64,000 nt of DNA from Trichosphaerium sp. ATCC 40318 (GCA_038496445.1 JALMLS010000232.1:186001-250000); one strand, 5' to 3'; shown: positions 50,996-63,894, numbered from the stretch's first letter. Numbers and translations: made by a program. Notes: a model not told the origin generated them from the letters alone.

Positions 50996-53900
50996 TTAAT
51001 AAAGTATGCATTGTACCATTCTATTGGCAAAAGACAAGCTTATTATTTGACTCAGATCTCCTTCAATTTCGCGACTTTTCCTTACATACTTTAACTTATG
51101 TTTTAGTATCTTTATAACATCAGCAAAAGCAGTTTGTTTCTTTTGAAGAACACGAATAAAAGCATGAAGTGATAGCCTGTAAAAAAACAAGTCAGAAAAA
51201 AAAATCACTTTATCTAAAAAACTCTACAACTACCTTGCTTTTAAGCTTGGTATAGTATGTAATAGTATTGCATATATTAAATAATAAGAAAATGGCGGTA
51301 TGATCAATTGTACGTAAAGTACATTCCGAGAAAAACACCTTGGAAAAAAATATTTTGGATGTTTTACATAAAAAAATAACATAGTGTACCAAACTATCTC
51401 GTTTTCAGTTACTTCAAAACAACATCCTGCCTTTACAGCAGATCCACATCTTGTTATTGCTGGTATAAGCTTTTGAATCTTATACACAATATTCGTAATT
51501 ATTTCTAAGACAAAAGTTATTCCCTCAACACGCTGTGCTCACAAAGGAGAAAAAATCAAGAAAACAAAGTCGTTTCGTACCTGCTATCTTAACAACACAC
51601 TCTGGTACTTTAATAGGCAACTGCCCTATATAAGCATTTATCTTAATAGCCGCAAGAAGAATTGAACTATCTAAATTTGTAGTTAAGGAAAGGGGTTCAA
51701 AACATCGCTTTTAGTTCAGAGTATAAAAGGATACAAATATTCATGTAAACTGTTCTCTTTGTGTTGATGTTACTGTCGAAAATAATAGGATTAAGCTTCT
51801 GCTCTACAAACGCATAACCGCGTTTAAGAAGAGAAGACAGACAGTTTGATGTATGATTTACTGTAAGTGCATCACTGATATCTCCAAACAAATTAAGGAT
51901 AAAACACAAAAAATAAGAAAATTCTTGTTACAAAAGAAAAGGTTGTAGGAGGATACAGTTACACATTAAAGGCCTGAAAGAACGCATAACTTCAAGTGTC
52001 TCAACGTTAAAGTTATATCCATACCATGGAAGATACGTATTACCATCTAAAGTAATAAGCTCGGCAATTCAAAAACAAGAATGGTGTAAAAGAATAAAAA
52101 AACCAAATACCTAAAGGCTCATCAGGCAGTTGGAAAGGAATACCGCTCATAGACGAATCAGAAAAACTGGTATAAGTTTTTCCAGTATTAATGTTCATGT
52201 TGTAATCTTCGAATCCTTTACTGATACGTGTCACAAATGAGATTGCTTCTTGTTTATCTGTTGAAACAAAAAAGAAATCATCAACATATCGCATCAAAAG
52301 TGACGTCTCTATTGAAGGTGTGTAACTGTTAGTTACTCGAGATGAACCTTACTTAATGTACGTACTGGAATTCATGAACATATTCAAATGTTCGTTTTCC
52401 ATATGTCCATAATACAGAGCACATAATAAAGTAGATACTACAGAGCCTTTTTTATGTGTCAAAATACAAAAAAAAAAAAAAATGACACTGAAGGGTACCT
52501 TGAGCAATTCCAATTTCTCGTTTGTACCAATTTTTACCCGCCTAGTGAACGTGTTAGAATATGAGTATTAAAGCGCTCATCAGAGTAAGAACAGATGATA
52601 TTTCTTCCGGAAAACCCTCAAAAACACAACGCACCTTAACTACGCCATCAAGTAGATGAGCACGCAACTGACTTAGTAAAGTAGCCTTCTTGACATCATA
52701 GTATTTCTCTGGCTATAAATATATTAATGTAAAGAGAGGAAGAATATAAAACCCGAAGCTTACCTTATCAAGAAAGACAATGTTTCGTGACCTACTTGCT
52801 ACTTCTTTTGCAAAAGAGCAAAACTTGTAATAGCCTCCGTTTTGTATACTAGCTTTATAACGTGTATGAATGCGATCCCCACGTAATCTGCGCTCCTCAT
52901 ATGGTCTATAGAGCAACGTCTCCATTTTCTAAAAAATCTCGTTAACAGTTGTAAAGAATGGTGTTTTAAAACCGAGAAAAAAATAAGAAAAAAGTTTAAG
53001 GCTTACGACATAGTTGTCAAAGAGGTACTTGACAAACCCGAATATTTTCTCTTTTATAATAGTATCATAAGCCTTTTTAATATCTGCAATGACAAAATAC
53101 AACTTTGGCATCTTCCCTTGAGTACAGCTAGACTTTATACGTTTAACATAATCCGAGTATTTATGGTAAATCTCATTTGGAGAAAAAACCGAAGCACCAA
53201 AGTATTGACGGCAAGGTCCTTCCTAGTAGTAGTTTAATAATAGGTATCGAGTTTTAAAATATATAGTTGTGGGTATTAGTAATTTGTGTTAGCAATCAAA
53301 GAGCTAGAGCTACTAAAACGTATTCGTTTAAGCAAAAAAGAAAGTGAAAATAAAAAAAGTGGCAAAAAATATGTTCATTGTGCATACCTTTAGTTGTGTT
53401 AGGAGTCTGAAAGCAGTAGATAATATTTGATTCGTAGAACGGGGCCTTTATATGTGATCATTAGAACAACGGAAAAAGGGTTGAGATAGAGATGTCGTAC
53501 CTATTTCCCTGAAATGAACGCATTAATTTTAGAGAGTTTTGTTTACCCAAGTTATTCAAAGGACGCAACCCTTTTGCTTTCGGCAAGAAGCGCATTAGAG
53601 CGTATCCAAGTCCGGTTTTCTTCAAAATACTCTTGGCTTTCGTCTAGGTGAAACGTCATCATCAAACTCTGAAAACTACTGAACGAAGACAGCCGCAAAG
53701 TCAAATTCTTGCCAAAAAACAAAAGAAGAAAAAACGATTCAACACAAGAAATAACGTACTTCACTTACACGTGAGAGCATCCCCCGGTTCACTAACTCTA
53801 ACATAACGTGTTACAAAAGATTAAAGTAATAATAAGAAATAAACAAAGGTACAAAAACATGTGAAAAGGCATACCATCCATTTGAATACTAAATAATTTT

Positions 53901-56900
53901 CCCCAACAACCTTTGACATAGTAAAAAAGTCTGTTCTTATGTGGAGCAGTATTCGTTATATAAAAAGCATTACCCTAGAGAAAAATATGAGCGTTGGAAA
54001 ATAGCGGAATTTCAAGAGAAAATTGCTTTCGCTTTTTTTGAAGAAAAATTCACGAGAATCACATACCAACACTTCACAAATAAACTCATTAAAAAACCAT
54101 TCCAATAGACGTAGCATAAAATTACGTTTTTTATATAATCCTGAAGGTGGGTCATGGCCTTTAGCTTTCATCCACTCACAATCATTAAGCTATAAAAAAA
54201 AGAAAAAGATATCAGCAACAACTAAAAGCAATGACCAAACAAAAGTACCTTCATGTTATTCAATAACGACTTTGTGCCTACTGTTTCATAAATCCGTAGT
54301 TTTACAAACTCTATAATATCTGTTTTCTGGTTAAAGGAGAATATTTAGGTATCTTCCAAGTGAAAAAAAATAAGTACTTAGGGATACTTTTGTGAACTGT
54401 CTCACGGTTACTTGATGAACCCCATAAAGCCGAAGGTATTATAAAATCAGTAATACATCTAACATAGTTTGAAACGCTATGGTATGATTCAAACCGACAA
54501 AGCAAGCGTTGAACAGGTGATAAATCATCACTCCCTAAAACAACTTTTTGGCTTTTTTCTCCATTTGTCTGACTATCGTTTCCTTGTGAGTTCATATCCA
54601 ACTTCCGTGGTTTCAACGGTTCTACAGGTACTGCAGGAATACTCTGAGACTAGGAAAATACATGTCAAAACGGCAAAAGCAGCAAAATCTAATCAACTCA
54701 CTTGTACAGTTTGTGAGTTTTCCAAAAGTACATCACAATTCCAATTATAGTTTGAAGGCTTTTTTCTTCTAAAAGGAGAACCTATAAGTGTTGGTGATGA
54801 CAAGTTACAAAAGTATTCAAGGCTGTACGGAAAGGCTGAGAACTATCACTACTATGAGAGTTGGTAATCTTCATAGGGGATTGTGTGTAAGGTAGTGGGC
54901 TGAGTGGAGGCGAAGGCAAGTTTTCGTTGGTATCTTTGGGTGTTGATATTTTTTGTTCGCTTGCAGATGGTGAAGGTTCTTTGTGATTGCTGTTGGGTGT
55001 CAATCCTTTCTGTGTATTCAGTAGACACGGTGGGGAATAGGATTTATGGCCACTACTACCTGATGCCAATCGTTCCTGACACCTGAGTTGCTTTGGCGAT
55101 AAAAGTAGCAATGAGTTCGCATCTTTAAAAGAACTACTCTACAAAACATAAAGTCAGCTCATTTCATTTTTGCGTTTTAATACCTTAGAACCACTTGAAG
55201 TCATCTTATCTTGCGTTCCTTTAGACCCACTTGCAGTGCCATGAGATATACTTTGAGACTAAACTTATTTAATAATATACTTATGAAGCGGTTGCATAAC
55301 TGTACCTTCATGTCAGGTTCTGGAAATTGTGCTTTACAGTGTTTGTTCAATAATTTGCGCCAAGGGCACTTTTTAATGTTACGAATAACCTTGTTTAGGA
55401 TAGGTATAACATTCATAAGTCGCTTGGGCATGTATTTTTCTAAATATGAGTTAAAGGTAAACTAGGTACATGTCAAAAAAAAAAAGTACCAAATTTAAAT
55501 ATTCGTTTTGCAAATGCCAAGGCACCTTCTTCAGTACAAGGTACAGTAGACAAAAAATCTACAAATCAAGTTAAACACTAGATAAATTATGGTATCTAAC
55601 GTGCGTTCAGGAGAGAAGAATAAGTCACCTGACATGCGATATAGAATCTTTCTGCGAGTAATATCTGTAAACACTGGTTTTTTAGGGTTTGTATTTTTCT
55701 TTTTAGAGGGTTTCTTGGTAAACATTGGAGCCTTGGATCCAACTAATGGTGCTGTATTAGACCTCACCAGAGGAGGAGCTCTTATTAGAGTGTTCTTTGT
55801 GTTTGATTGTGTCTGTGGGTTGAGACGAGGCCGTTTTAGAGAAGGTCCTTCTGCGCTTACTGAACGGCCATACAAAATAACTCGTTTGCGCTTCTTACCA
55901 CGGAGCTACACAAGACTATCAGTGGCAACACTATCAAAGACATTATGTGTGACGTACTCCAATACGTTTTCGTAATATTGTAGAACCAATGGCCCTTGGT
56001 TTGAGAGTTCTGGTTTTGATAGGGACAACAGTATCTTCAACTTGTTTTTCGGCACATCTTAATTTTTTTGCTTTTCTTCTTTTCCAAGAAGAAGGACGAA
56101 CTTTACGCTTGCGAGTCTTACTAGCCTCGTTTGCTGATACATTGCTGTTGTCACTAACCTCTTTAGAACCGTTGCAGGCACTCTTATGCTTTGCAATAAA
56201 AGCTTTACGGCTGCATAGCAACAGCTTTCTTCTTATAGCACGATAACTACGTCTTATTTTTCGGGCATTATTTTTTTGTCCTTTAGATGGTTCAGGTTTA
56301 ACTACCTTTAGATACTCTAAATTACGCCCACTTGCTATAAAACTTGTTATTAAAAACACCAATATACAATTAAAAAAACACGTGCCTTGGACATAGCATT
56401 TATTGCCTAAACATGGAAACACCCAAAAATACTTGAATAAGTATGTCATCAGATCATCTCCTATCATCTTCAATAACGAATCCCAAGCTTTGTTAAAGCT
56501 ATTAATACACTACATAATACTTCTCTAGTTCGTACTTGCACTGCCTACTTCGTTTCCAACAGAGTTTGGGAATGAGATGCGGAGCTGGGATGTTTGCTTT
56601 TCTTATCTTAGTCTTTATGGCTAGTACGCTACACGTACTGGTATCCAACGAAAGCCTTTAGACAGGGCGTGGTCAGATTTATCTTGACATAGTTCCATTC
56701 TTAATCTCTTGATTACCTGTCGTTGAGAAGAAAATTCGCCTATTGGCGGTGGTCTCGGTGATTTTTTAGGCTTGCCAACCTTACAATGTGTAAAACCGTT
56801 GTATTATTAAACCTTGCATACCAAAGTGGTGTCGACGAGCTGTAGTACGTCATGGGAACAACGGTGAAAGAAAAGCGAGTTAGAACAGGTCTACACATCG

Positions 56901-57078
56901 TTTAGTGCTATAAAGCGTATTGACGTTCATCTACAACCTTCAAGAACGCTCTTAGCGTAAGTAAATACCCTCTTGGAAATAAAAGAGACAGCGTTGAGTG
57001 TTTGACAAAATTACTACCTTTCAAGTTTATTAGAACACCTTTGCAAATACATAGTACAACAAACTCCTTACCACGCAT
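50996..57078 (-). CDS. TERT: Telomerase reverse transcriptase
   Basis: TEN/GQ (FPNSV..WDSLLKMIGDD), CP (CPWRKLLNKHC), QFP (IIPSALWGS), T motif (FYITNTAPHKNRLFYY), motif A (YFVIADIKKAYDTI), B' (GIAQGSVVSTLLCALYY), C (MRYVDDFF), D/E (NTGKT; PWYG), CTE. Confidence 0.97.
51671..51734 (-). other. U12-type GT-AG intron in TERT
   Basis: Donor GTATCCTTT; branch site TTCCTTAAC ~12 nt from the AG; removal restores NIYSSILLAA. Confidence 0.9.
51882..51956 (-). other. U12-type GT-AG intron in TERT
   Basis: Donor GTATCCTCC; branch site ATCCTTAAT; 3' GAG without a pyrimidine tract after the branch site; removal gives LMCNYISDALTV. Confidence 0.8.
54320..54387 (-). other. Probable U12-type GT-AG intron in TERT
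   Basis: Donor GTATCCCT; branch-like TCCTTTAAC then CAGAAAACAG; removal gives HKNIIEFVKL in the QFP motif. Confidence 0.7.
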
Positions 57079-57093
57079 TTGTTTTTGAATCTA

Positions 57094-57121
57094 CCCGCGG
57101 AAATTATGTGTAGGCGCGAAA
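57094..57121 (-). promoter_or_regulatory. Two E2F-like sites immediately upstream of the TERT ATG
   Basis: TTTCGCGCC (57113-57121) and TTTCCGCGGG (57094-57103) on the minus strand, in an otherwise AT-rich context. Confidence 0.55.
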
Positions 57122-57365
57122 TAACCTAACTACTGACATAAATCCCTTTCGCATTGACACCAAAGTGTCAAATGACTGTCGACAGATGGCTTATTGACAA
57201 ACCAAGCTAAGGCATGAGCCAAACAAAAACTAAGTCTAGTAGATACAAAAAACAGCTTAGACACAACCATACACGCCCCAACAAACAATTACATGTGCTC
57301 TTCACTTTGAGCACCCTACAAAGCGACGTGGCAATATTTAAAAATATTGCGTTTAAAAAAGACCC

Positions 57366-58952
57366 TTATTGGTCTAATCGGCCTGGGTCGCTACTTTCAG
57401 GCATATTTGTAGCAGGTCCGCCATGTACTGGACCATTTATCATCGGACCTGTATTAGCACTTGTACCGGCTACAGTAACGTTAGAGGCCAAACAAAAAAA
57501 AAACTTGTGAAATTGTGAAAAAAAAACGTGTAGAATTCCTGACTTGATTTTGTGATTTTAAACGCAGCGTTCACGTACTCCCAGGTTGCATCATTACACC
57601 AGGTGCCATCTGCGGTTGGTACCCAAACGCATAAGGTTGTTCGTACTGAGGAGGCGGAGGATAAGGATAAGCAGGATAAGGGTATGGTACATAATACCCA
57701 TAAGGTGGCCATGCCATTGCACCAGGAGGTGGCGCCCATCTAATTTCTAACATTAGCCAAAGACATAATTTGTTGTAAACAACTAAATTTCTGCGCATAC
57801 CCTGCTTGTGCTGCATAAGGATCAACTGTACCATAAGGCCAATTATAAGGACCAGCAGCTGATACTGCTTGTTGATGCATACGTAGAGCCTTACGGGCTT
57901 CTTTTTGTTCTTGTGTATCTGCGTATTTGACTAAAGACAAAAAGCCTGTGACTTAAAAACTTCTAAAAATCTAAGCACTGTACCAGTTAAAGGTGGTGCG
58001 CTTTCAATAATTTTATAGCCATTCATAGTCTCCAATGCGCGTCTCGAACACTCTAAGCTCTCAAAACGAACAAAGCCTATTTGTCGGCTTTTACCAGTAT
58101 TTCGGTCTATCATTACTTTACAATCTTCAATTACACCAAAATTACCAAATAACTGGCGTAATTGCTCTGTAGGAGAGTAATATTAGTCTCTCTTTGGTAC
58201 ATTGACAAAAAAAAAAAATTCGGTGTTGTAGTTACCTTCTGTTGTGGTTGGTAGTAACGGTTTAACGTAGAGGTTAGTCGATTCAGCTTGAGACTGTAGA
58301 ATTGGAATATGAGCTAGGAGAGAAGGAGAGTAGCTTGATGAAGACGGGGATTGATTGGCTAGCTTGCACAATAACCGTTTGTGCGAAATACGCATGCCAT
58401 TCATGGCATTTATGGCAGCTTGAGATTCGTCTGCTTTTTGATAACGAACAAACCTAAAACCTTATCAGAAGCTATACTTTTACGTGATGATGAAAACCAC
58501 ACAATAAGAATTTGAAGAATTACAAATTGATGCTAAATTACTATTTTGTGTTGCATCAAGTCGTTGCGTGCTAGAACCGTGCACGAGATACGTGTTTAGC
58601 ATGTTTTCTGGGGTTTTTGCTGATTTAACGGATACTTTGAGCGTTGATCAACAGCAATCAAATGAAGAAAAAGCGCTTTTAGCGCGTTTATGAGGCTGTT
58701 GGTTAAATTTTGACGTGTTTTAAATGGAGCGTACCCGTATCCTAAGCTTTTTCCAGTCGCTTGGTCTACCATGATTTTAGACGACACTACCTCACCAAAT
58801 GGTGAGAATAGAGCGTAAAATTCTTGTTCGGTGAGCTCCGCTGGCAAGTATTTTACAAATACGTTGCAGTCGTCCAGACCAGCTGGCACCTTTTCGTTGG
58901 GGTCTTGTCCGGTAGAGTTTGCCATAATTGGTCTATTGCTGCTCTCTGACAT
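57366..58952 (-). CDS. ELAV/Sxl-like RRM RNA-binding protein with Pro/Tyr-rich tail
   Basis: NVFVKYLP..TGKSLGYG/FVRY and NLYVKPL..TGKSRQIGFVRF..VKYADT (two clear RRMs); PYPYPAYPYPPPPQY tail. Confidence 0.88.
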
Positions 58953-59606
58953 AGCTACAGAATAGTATTATAGTATAGTATAGTATATACACAATAGTGG
59001 GCTGCGCTGTTGGCGAAAATACAATTTGGTAAGTGCATTTACTTCACTGCTTAACTGAGCGACTTCGTTTGTTTACGCCCAAACACGCACTAACCGTATT
59101 ATTTAACAATACCAACGCTATTTTACTTTTGGTTCTAATTTCTAATGTCCTTGTTTGGCTCTAGCGTTAGCTCCACGCCCATAAACCCTAACCATTGTTA
59201 TAAAAACGTTGAATTGGTGTCAAAACGTCACAATTTGGCGTAAACAACAAAAAACGATTTTGACAACTTGTTTCCTTTGATGGCCCCAGAACTCCGACAA
59301 ATATAGGCGTATGGAAACAAGCGACCTCACAAGTATTATTGCTGGTATTGTGTTCGGTTTAATTGAACATCAAAGTTCATGCGGATTTCGAACGTGTACC
59401 ACTTACTCCACGTCATCAATACTCCTAAATTAGTGTAAAAACATATACAGCGCATTCTCACGAGACACGAGAACATGGTGTGCACTGTGGGTTGCATTTT
59501 CACTTAATCTCAGGTTTGTTGGCCACTATCGGAAAATAATGACGGTTCACCTGCTGAACATTATTTAAACAACACAAAGAAAGCAACAGCGGACCATAAA
59601 GTAAAA

Positions 59607-62600
59607 ATGGCAGAAGCACGTAAACTAAAGACAGCGAAAAGTGGCATTGCATCTCAACTCAAGTTGCTTGGTAACTATGCTAAGCAAGGGAATACAAGAA
59701 GGATAGAAGCAGTAGTAAATACAATAAATAGGAAGCTAGATTCAATTCCATCGTTTTTGTCAACTCCAGAGGTACTCCTACGCACTAGAAAGGTTATTAA
59801 AACGGTTTTAGGGTAAGCAGTTCAAAGCAGACGTTGAAGCTCAAATAAACGCTGCACAGGCAAGCGCTGGCGGTGCACAAGATAAAAAAAAGCACGACGC
59901 AGCTATTAAGACTATTACTGCTCAGGTACCTGACTCTTGTTGTTTTCTATTTTTGACACTGTTTCAGCTCCGTCTTTTGGCGTCTTGTATCAAGCAAAAA
60001 AATGAAAATCGCATTAAACAGCAAAAAGCCAAGATAAAAAAGATACTCACACCAGAAACTATGACATTACTGCAAGGCTCAGACGCTGGAAAGAAGTTAT
60101 TGGCTGATGTTGAAGAAGCAGGAGCTCTTACTGAAGGTACAATGTTTCTTGAGTCAAAAACTTTTCGTACTTATACGGTAAAGGCGAGGCTGCTGCAGCT
60201 GTGTCAACCTCAACTTCTACTTTAAGACATATTCCTACATCTGTAGCTACACCCTCAATAGCTTCAGAACCTGCTACTGTGAAGGTAGTAACAGGAACTG
60301 TACGGATCAATCTTTTTTCTTTGATTCATCTGTGTTTATTGTTTTTCTTGTATTTAGGGAGCACTACCTACGTTTGAACCTGCTCCCGGCATATCAAAGA
60401 AAGTTAGTTTTGGGATAACTAAAGTGAATAAAGCGTTTGAAAATTGTAACGGCATTTTCCAGAAAGTACGTACCAAGTCTCCTACCAGACGAGACTGGCG
60501 AAAAATCACTAACTTTTTTTTCAAGATGGAAGGACTTGTTAGTGACAATGTTGATCTACATGGAAAAACAAGAACGAAGTGTATTTGGGCACAACAAGCG
60601 CTTGGTGATAACTTATCCAGGCTTCAAGCAAAGAAAACATCTGCAGAAGGTACAATGCTTTCCTGAATCAAATTTGCTTACTGTTTTTCTTTTCTTACAC
60701 CCTGTCTGATAGGCGCTGTTGATAAGCTTGCTGCTCTTGATGCATCTAACGGAGTTATTGCGCCTGCAAGAGAAGCTCTTTCGACTCTCATTGAAAGAGC
60801 TACTGAGATAAAAGATACAGGAAAGCCTAAGTTGAAATACACTGAAATCGTATGCAAAGCAAGACAAAACTACAAAGTCGCTATGGATCCACTTCAATTG
60901 TTCCAAGGACGATATCCCGAGTAAGTAAGGTGGGTTTTTGGTTTGTTACTAACACGTGATTTAGGGAATTCAGCCAACTTACAGAGATCTTAAAAAACCT
61001 GGATAAAGTCATTGAATTGGCCAATACAACATCATCACTTCTAGATAATGATGAAGGTTCCGAGAGTCTCAAAAATGAGGTTCAGAAATCGAAAGATGAG
61101 GTTCGTTTTTGTAGCCCTTATTATTGTATCACGTGATGTTTATTATTTTTAGATATGTGCTCTGTATAAAGAGAAAAGTGTACCTCTTTTTGAACAATAT
61201 ACTAAAGTTGATGACACAATACATGCCAACATGTACGTTGAACAAACAATCAAAGAAAAAAATTTGAACTAATTTTCTTTTGATTTTAGGGTCACAGAAA
61301 ATCTTCGTAGTAACTTTCCTGAATGCAATGAACTCAAAGTTATGGTTGAAATATCCGAGAGAATTCGAAAAGAAAAGGAGGCTGAGATTGAAAGGAAACG
61401 TCAAGAGAAATTAGCCAAAGAACGAGAAATTGCAAGACAGAAAGAAGCTGTACTTCAAGGATTCAGAGATAAATATAGCGCACCGTACACTGGAGGAAAC
61501 GCTATCTCTTCATCTGAAAACTGGTCTTATACACCAGAAGAAAAGGGAGGATACCTGTTGAGTATGTGAAGCGAAAGAATTTTGCAGACATGCTGACTTT
61601 AGTTGCAGATACACAATACGGTAAAGAACGATACTATTGGTTTGCTGAGAAGTTTGGATTTCATTTGAAGCACATGAACCCAGATGGTACTTCCAGTGCA
61701 GATTTCGGTTATGTCTATGTTAAGTCTAACGATGACGGTGTTACGTACTTTACATTCCAAGCAAGAGCAATAGGTAAGAAGCTTAAAAAATGGAGTAACT
61801 GTTTTTTCTCAAAAACTTATAAAATGTTTAGATTGCACGTACACCTACGATACATACAAGACATCAGACCAAGTAACATTCAGTCACGCTTATAATAAAG
61901 TCGTTTGGAAGCTCGAAAATGGCGAACTTAAGGTCATAAAAGGGTCAGACAATGAGGTTAGGAACAACTTGTCCGATTTCTATTTTCTCACTTTTTGTTA
62001 GATTAAGGCATATGATAATTCATTACTTAGAGTTGATCCTGGTTTCCCACCGCTCTTGGTATGGAGCCTTTTGTCTAGTGTATAGTGTATGTCTTACTGA
62101 CCTTGTTTTTAGGCTCTTTTTGTAGCTATTTGCAGACACCCTCTTGCCAATATTCCAAAATGGAGAAAAGAACGTGGTGCAGAATATATGAAGCCAGAAA
62201 ATGTTCTAGCAAGAGCCAAAGCTGAGAAAGAAAAAGCAGAAGAAAGAATGGCACGAAACAAAGCAAAAAATGCATCAAGCTCAAGTAGTGGTTCGGCAAT
62301 GGCTGGATACTATGGTATCCATTGTGGATGTGGATTCGGAAGTGCAAAGTCAAGATGTGCTTCTTGTAAAGGTGATATTGGTTCAAACACAACTCCTTCT
62401 GTAAGATGTTATAATTGTCGTTTTGGAAGTGCAAAGAATAACTGTGTTGGTTGTGGGAGAGATCATGGTTCACAAAAGGTACAATTTGTCACGTGATTAA
62501 AAAAATATTCGGAGGTTATTTTTGCTTACTTACGTTTTTATAAGGTTGTTGCAATGGTATGCAGGAATTGTGATTTTGGATCTTCGAGAGGAACTTGCTG

Positions 62601-62628
62601 TATTTGTAAAGGGACCGTATCACATTAG
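59607..62628 (+). CDS. Helical/coiled-coil protein with C-terminal PHF5-like Cys-rich repeats
   Basis: ATG 59607; multiple GT-AG introns; charged coiled coils; tail of three C-x(1-2)-C-x-FGS-x4-C-x2-C units; TAG 62626-62628. Confidence 0.75.
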
Positions 62629-62794
62629 TCATTTTAGGAAAAAGAGCCAATGGTGAATAAAAGTTTGTTTGTTTTTATGATGTCATGGTTGAGAGTTAGT
62701 GTTTTCTGTACCTTAATCTGACAGAGTGTTTAGTCAAGTTATTGACAAGGATATCGTTCAAAGAACAAGGGATATTTTGAAGTCAACGAAGTTT

Positions 62795-63894
62795 TTACTC
62801 TTTATTTTGTTCGAAGAAATACAAAGGCAAGTTGCAATGTGGCTTGAACCCAAGTCTAGAATAAATGCCTACAGCATTTTTCTCACCAGCTAAAGTCATC
62901 GTTTTGCGCTTCATTTCATGTGCTTGTTGGATAACATGTCTTAACATAGCTGTAGCGTATCCTTTCTTACGACAATCCTATTGAATCGTTAGATATGATG
63001 AACCATGTTTGATCTGTCATACACTTTGTGTTGCAACATCAGGAATATAACTTGAATGTTCTCCGATTAAAAGCAGTGTTGCAGTTGATACAGGCTTGTT
63101 TTCACCGTTTATATCGGCGTAGCCTATGTAATGAATACATTTACCACTCTTTGTCATCTCAGTTGACAGATCAAGCCATGCTTCTCTTGCAAATTGTGGA
63201 ATTTCGAAACCATCAGCGCTTATTGTTGAAAAGGATTTAAACTCTTCTTCTGTTGATACTTTTCTTATTGCTATCTTTACTTCCTTGGACATTATTAGCA
63301 TCACGTGATTACATTATCAAAATCAACGTACTCTCGTTGTTTTTTTCAGGGCAGAGCTTTGCGAGATATCTAGAAGCATGCCTTGCAAGGATTCTTAGCT
63401 TTCGTTTTGTAGTTATGGTATTGAAGGTACCTGTGTAAAACTCGACGAATGTCCAACCAAGAGTTTCCAACATTTTCTTAAATTCAGGTGTATCATAGCA
63501 ACCTGCATACCATGCAAACTGAGTAGGTGCCTTCGTTGCAATAGCTGTAACTTTCTGAAAAAGAATTAGTCACGTGTAACAAAAGTAATTTTTAAACCTC
63601 AGCGACTTCTTGTGTAATATCCTCTTTATAGAGAATTGTGTTGAACATCATGAATGGTACATCCGATTCGATGTAGTTAAATGACTCATTCTAAAAAGTT
63701 TTTAGTTATCAACATGCGTGAACAACAAATCGCAAGAAACTTCAAAATAAGTCAAAAGGAATTAAATGGGTTGGAAAAAAACTCGGAGAATCTGTGTTGT
63801 ATTTTTATACCTTAACGTATTTGATCTTATTACTACGTCCCCATAACTCCATTGAGCCCATAGCATCGCGAAGAATAATATCCTTGTTGTTCAT
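62795..63894 (-). CDS. GNAT-family acetyltransferase
   Basis: YIPDVATQS/DCRKKGYATAML acetyl-CoA motif A; NAVGIYSRLGF motif B. Confidence 0.87.

Noticed and set aside
52040-53111. Retroelement reverse transcriptase
   Set aside because: Telomerase-specific T, CP, QFP and TEN motifs and many introns identify TERT.
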